In this document: positions 61,997-64,000 of the stretch, one piece after another
Position numbering within the stretch: the first letter of the stretch is position 1
How the letters are laid out: each line of letters starts with the position of its first letter
Assembly: GCA_965644295.1 (NCBI GenBank)
Contig: CBFFRP010000133.1
Location: 62,001 to 126,000 of the forward strand
Source of the DNA: Paraphysomonas bandaiensis
Lineage: Eukaryota; Protista; Chrysophyceae
DNA length: 64,000 nt
Direction of reading: 5' to 3'
The notes under the pieces: model-generated
Database searches by the model: none
Seen by the model: only the letters and a program-made list of their open reading frames with translations
What the model was told of the DNA's origin: nothing
Made by a program: the position numbers and the translations under genes

Positions 61997-62762
61997 AACG
62001 GAAGTGGTTGCACTTTGGTGCTTGCGGCGACGCACAAGCAGCTTTCGTAGTGTTAAATAGTAATAGGATAATAGAGTTTGTACTGATTAGTTACAGGTAC
62101 AGGTCTAACTATGTTGACTAGCATTCATCTAGCTACTAAATCGGTGCAGGCTTTTAACGCCTATTATTGCTATAAATAAAAGACTTTCAATATCTATAAT
62201 AACGAAAACTTCACAATCTGATTTTCTCCTGCTGTCTGTTAGGTACACAAATTATACACCTCTTTCAGTTCACTTACTCGTACTTCCCAAGTATTATGAA
62301 TGTAAGCCTCCTCAACAAAGTCGGACTCGCACTTTTTTGTGGTGTGTTGTGGGAGATAAGCACCAGAGATGTTTCTCGGGAAACTATCGTGAGGCGCATA
62401 ATATATAGTCAGCAGATATTGTTATTGACGAATAAACAAGCACCCGGGAATTGGCCCACCGCAAGGGCATCCTGGGTATTGGGCTGCCTGCTGAAGTCAA
62501 GCATCCAGGAATAGACCAACCTTCAGGACTCAAACATCTTGAAGTCAGCAGATGTCAGGTACATCAACATTCTGCTTGCTCACTGCGTTTAGTTTGAGTA
62601 ATAGAGCGAAAGTATTTGCACCTTGGTGCTTGCGGTGACGCACAAGCAGCTTTCGTAGCTTTAAATAGTAGGATATCAGAGTTAGGCACTAGATACTTCA
62701 ATTGTTTTGCTACAATAGTTTTGACTCTTACACGCCTCTATTGCTAATAATAATCAGACATA
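61997..62762 (+). repeat. Two copies of the LINE-tail/SINE-like repeat (~61997-62192 and ~62408-62762)
   Basis: GGAAGTGGTTGCAC.TTGGTGCTTGCGG.GACGCACAAGCAGCTTTCGTAG core, followed by an AT-rich 3' end. Confidence 0.8.
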
Positions 62763-63425
62763 CACTACTGCGATATATAACTTCACTTTTCTGTACTCTT
62801 TCTGTTATTGCGGAATGTCCCACCTCTGCTCTGTGCTGCATTGACATTTACCTCTTGTCATCAATTAAAGAATGCAAATATTGAATTGTTTATCGCTTTG
62901 ACTCGATATTAACACCAAACTTAGTGTGACTAGGTAATACAACCCAGGGCCCTGCTGATACAACCACTTTGCCTAGGCTAGTAATATGATACGATCTTAA
63001 ACGGTTATAATGTAAAAATTATAATATCATACATTGCTTAAATATAAGCAAAATTTCATACATACTTTGACTAGAAATTGAAATATTTGAACTTTGTCGA
63101 CGCTAATCCCATAAAACTATAGTATTATTCAAAATATATTACCAATATCCCTGACACACAAAACGTTGTGTGTATGTCCCTGTGTATATTGGTAGACTTC
63201 GGCATATTTATTTTGGGTCAATCACGTCCCTCTGAAGTAACGTTACTTCTTTATATCTTTCAATGCAAGAAAATATATAAGTTGGATATTTGAACAATTA
63301 ATTAATACCTCAGGTTGTCATCATATATTATATTGATGTTTATGATTACAAGTAAACTCATTCAACTATGCTAAAGTAAAATTATCTACAGCAGAGCACA
63401 TCTGGAGAATCTTGGAAAAGCTAAA

Positions 63426-63999
63426 TCAGTCAACTTCGCTGGTAATAAATGTAAGATTTCCTCCGCTTAATGTGACATCATCTGTTGATATTACTGCTCG
63501 TCTCGCTCGCATTGACTGAGAAGAAGTTGGGGCCATATTGGGTGCTCTAGGAGTTGCTTGAAGCAGCGAAAGTTGCCGATCTTGCAGTGACGTTGACTTA
63601 TTATAAGATTGACGACTATACAATGTGCTTGCATCTCGAAGCTGGGTGTTGGTGCGCATCAATTCTTCACAAGTCTTAGTGAGTTCCTTGACAGCAAGTA
63701 GCTACTCATGTCACAGTTAGAATTGTAGTAACATTTCTGATCGGACATACCTGAACTTTCATTTCTTTTTCCCGTCGTTTCAATTCTGCTTCTAATTCTT
63801 TTCGCTTTTGTAAGCTCTTTTCCAGTCGTGTCTGAAGTGTAGTGAGTTGTTGTTTATAGGATGACCGCTGATTGGATATAACTGTCTTCAATTTCCTTAT
63901 TTCAGAGTGAAGTTTCTCCATATCTACTACTTCATTCGACACAATGCTACCATTCTCTATCTCTTCACTCATGTGTACAGATGGTAGCTCCATGCTCAT
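63426..63999 (-). CDS. Coiled-coil protein (2 exons; may extend beyond the window)
   Basis: Heptad-rich ORF 63706-63999 with GTATG donor near 63750 spliced to ORF 63426-63662. Confidence 0.65.
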
Positions 64000-64000
64000 A

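Overview
Eukaryotic nuclear DNA: AT-rich, with short GT-AG introns, microsatellites and decayed transposons. Gene content suggests a stramenopile, possibly chrysophyte-like (inference). About 21 protein-coding genes or candidate ORFs lie mostly in head-to-head pairs separated by TE-rich islands. They include a cAMP-receptor-like GPCR, a type II membrane SAM methyltransferase, a tail-anchored nucleotidyltransferase-like protein, an LRR protein, ornithine aminotransferase, two divergent pterin-4a-carbinolamine dehydratase paralogues, a CEP295/Ana1-like protein, a myosin with a complete TRIM (RING-B-box-B-box-coiled coil-filamin) tail, a PH + 2x SnoaL protein, a HEXIM-like basic protein, an Afi1/mesA-type DENN-like protein, a secreted PT-repeat protein, a PAF-acetylhydrolase-like hydrolase, battenin/CLN3, a DsbA/HCCA-isomerase and an RlmL-like methyltransferase. 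Mobile DNA includes hAT elements and MITEs with 8-bp TSDs, a copia 3' end with its LTR, a LINE/SINE-like family sharing a structured 3' tail, a rearranged Crypton-like remnant, and a young element with ~1-kb terminal inverted repeats. The most striking items are the myosin-TRIM E3 ligase fusion and the HEXIM-like ORF. All homology calls come from motif recognition by eye, not database searches; exon boundaries are manual estimates.
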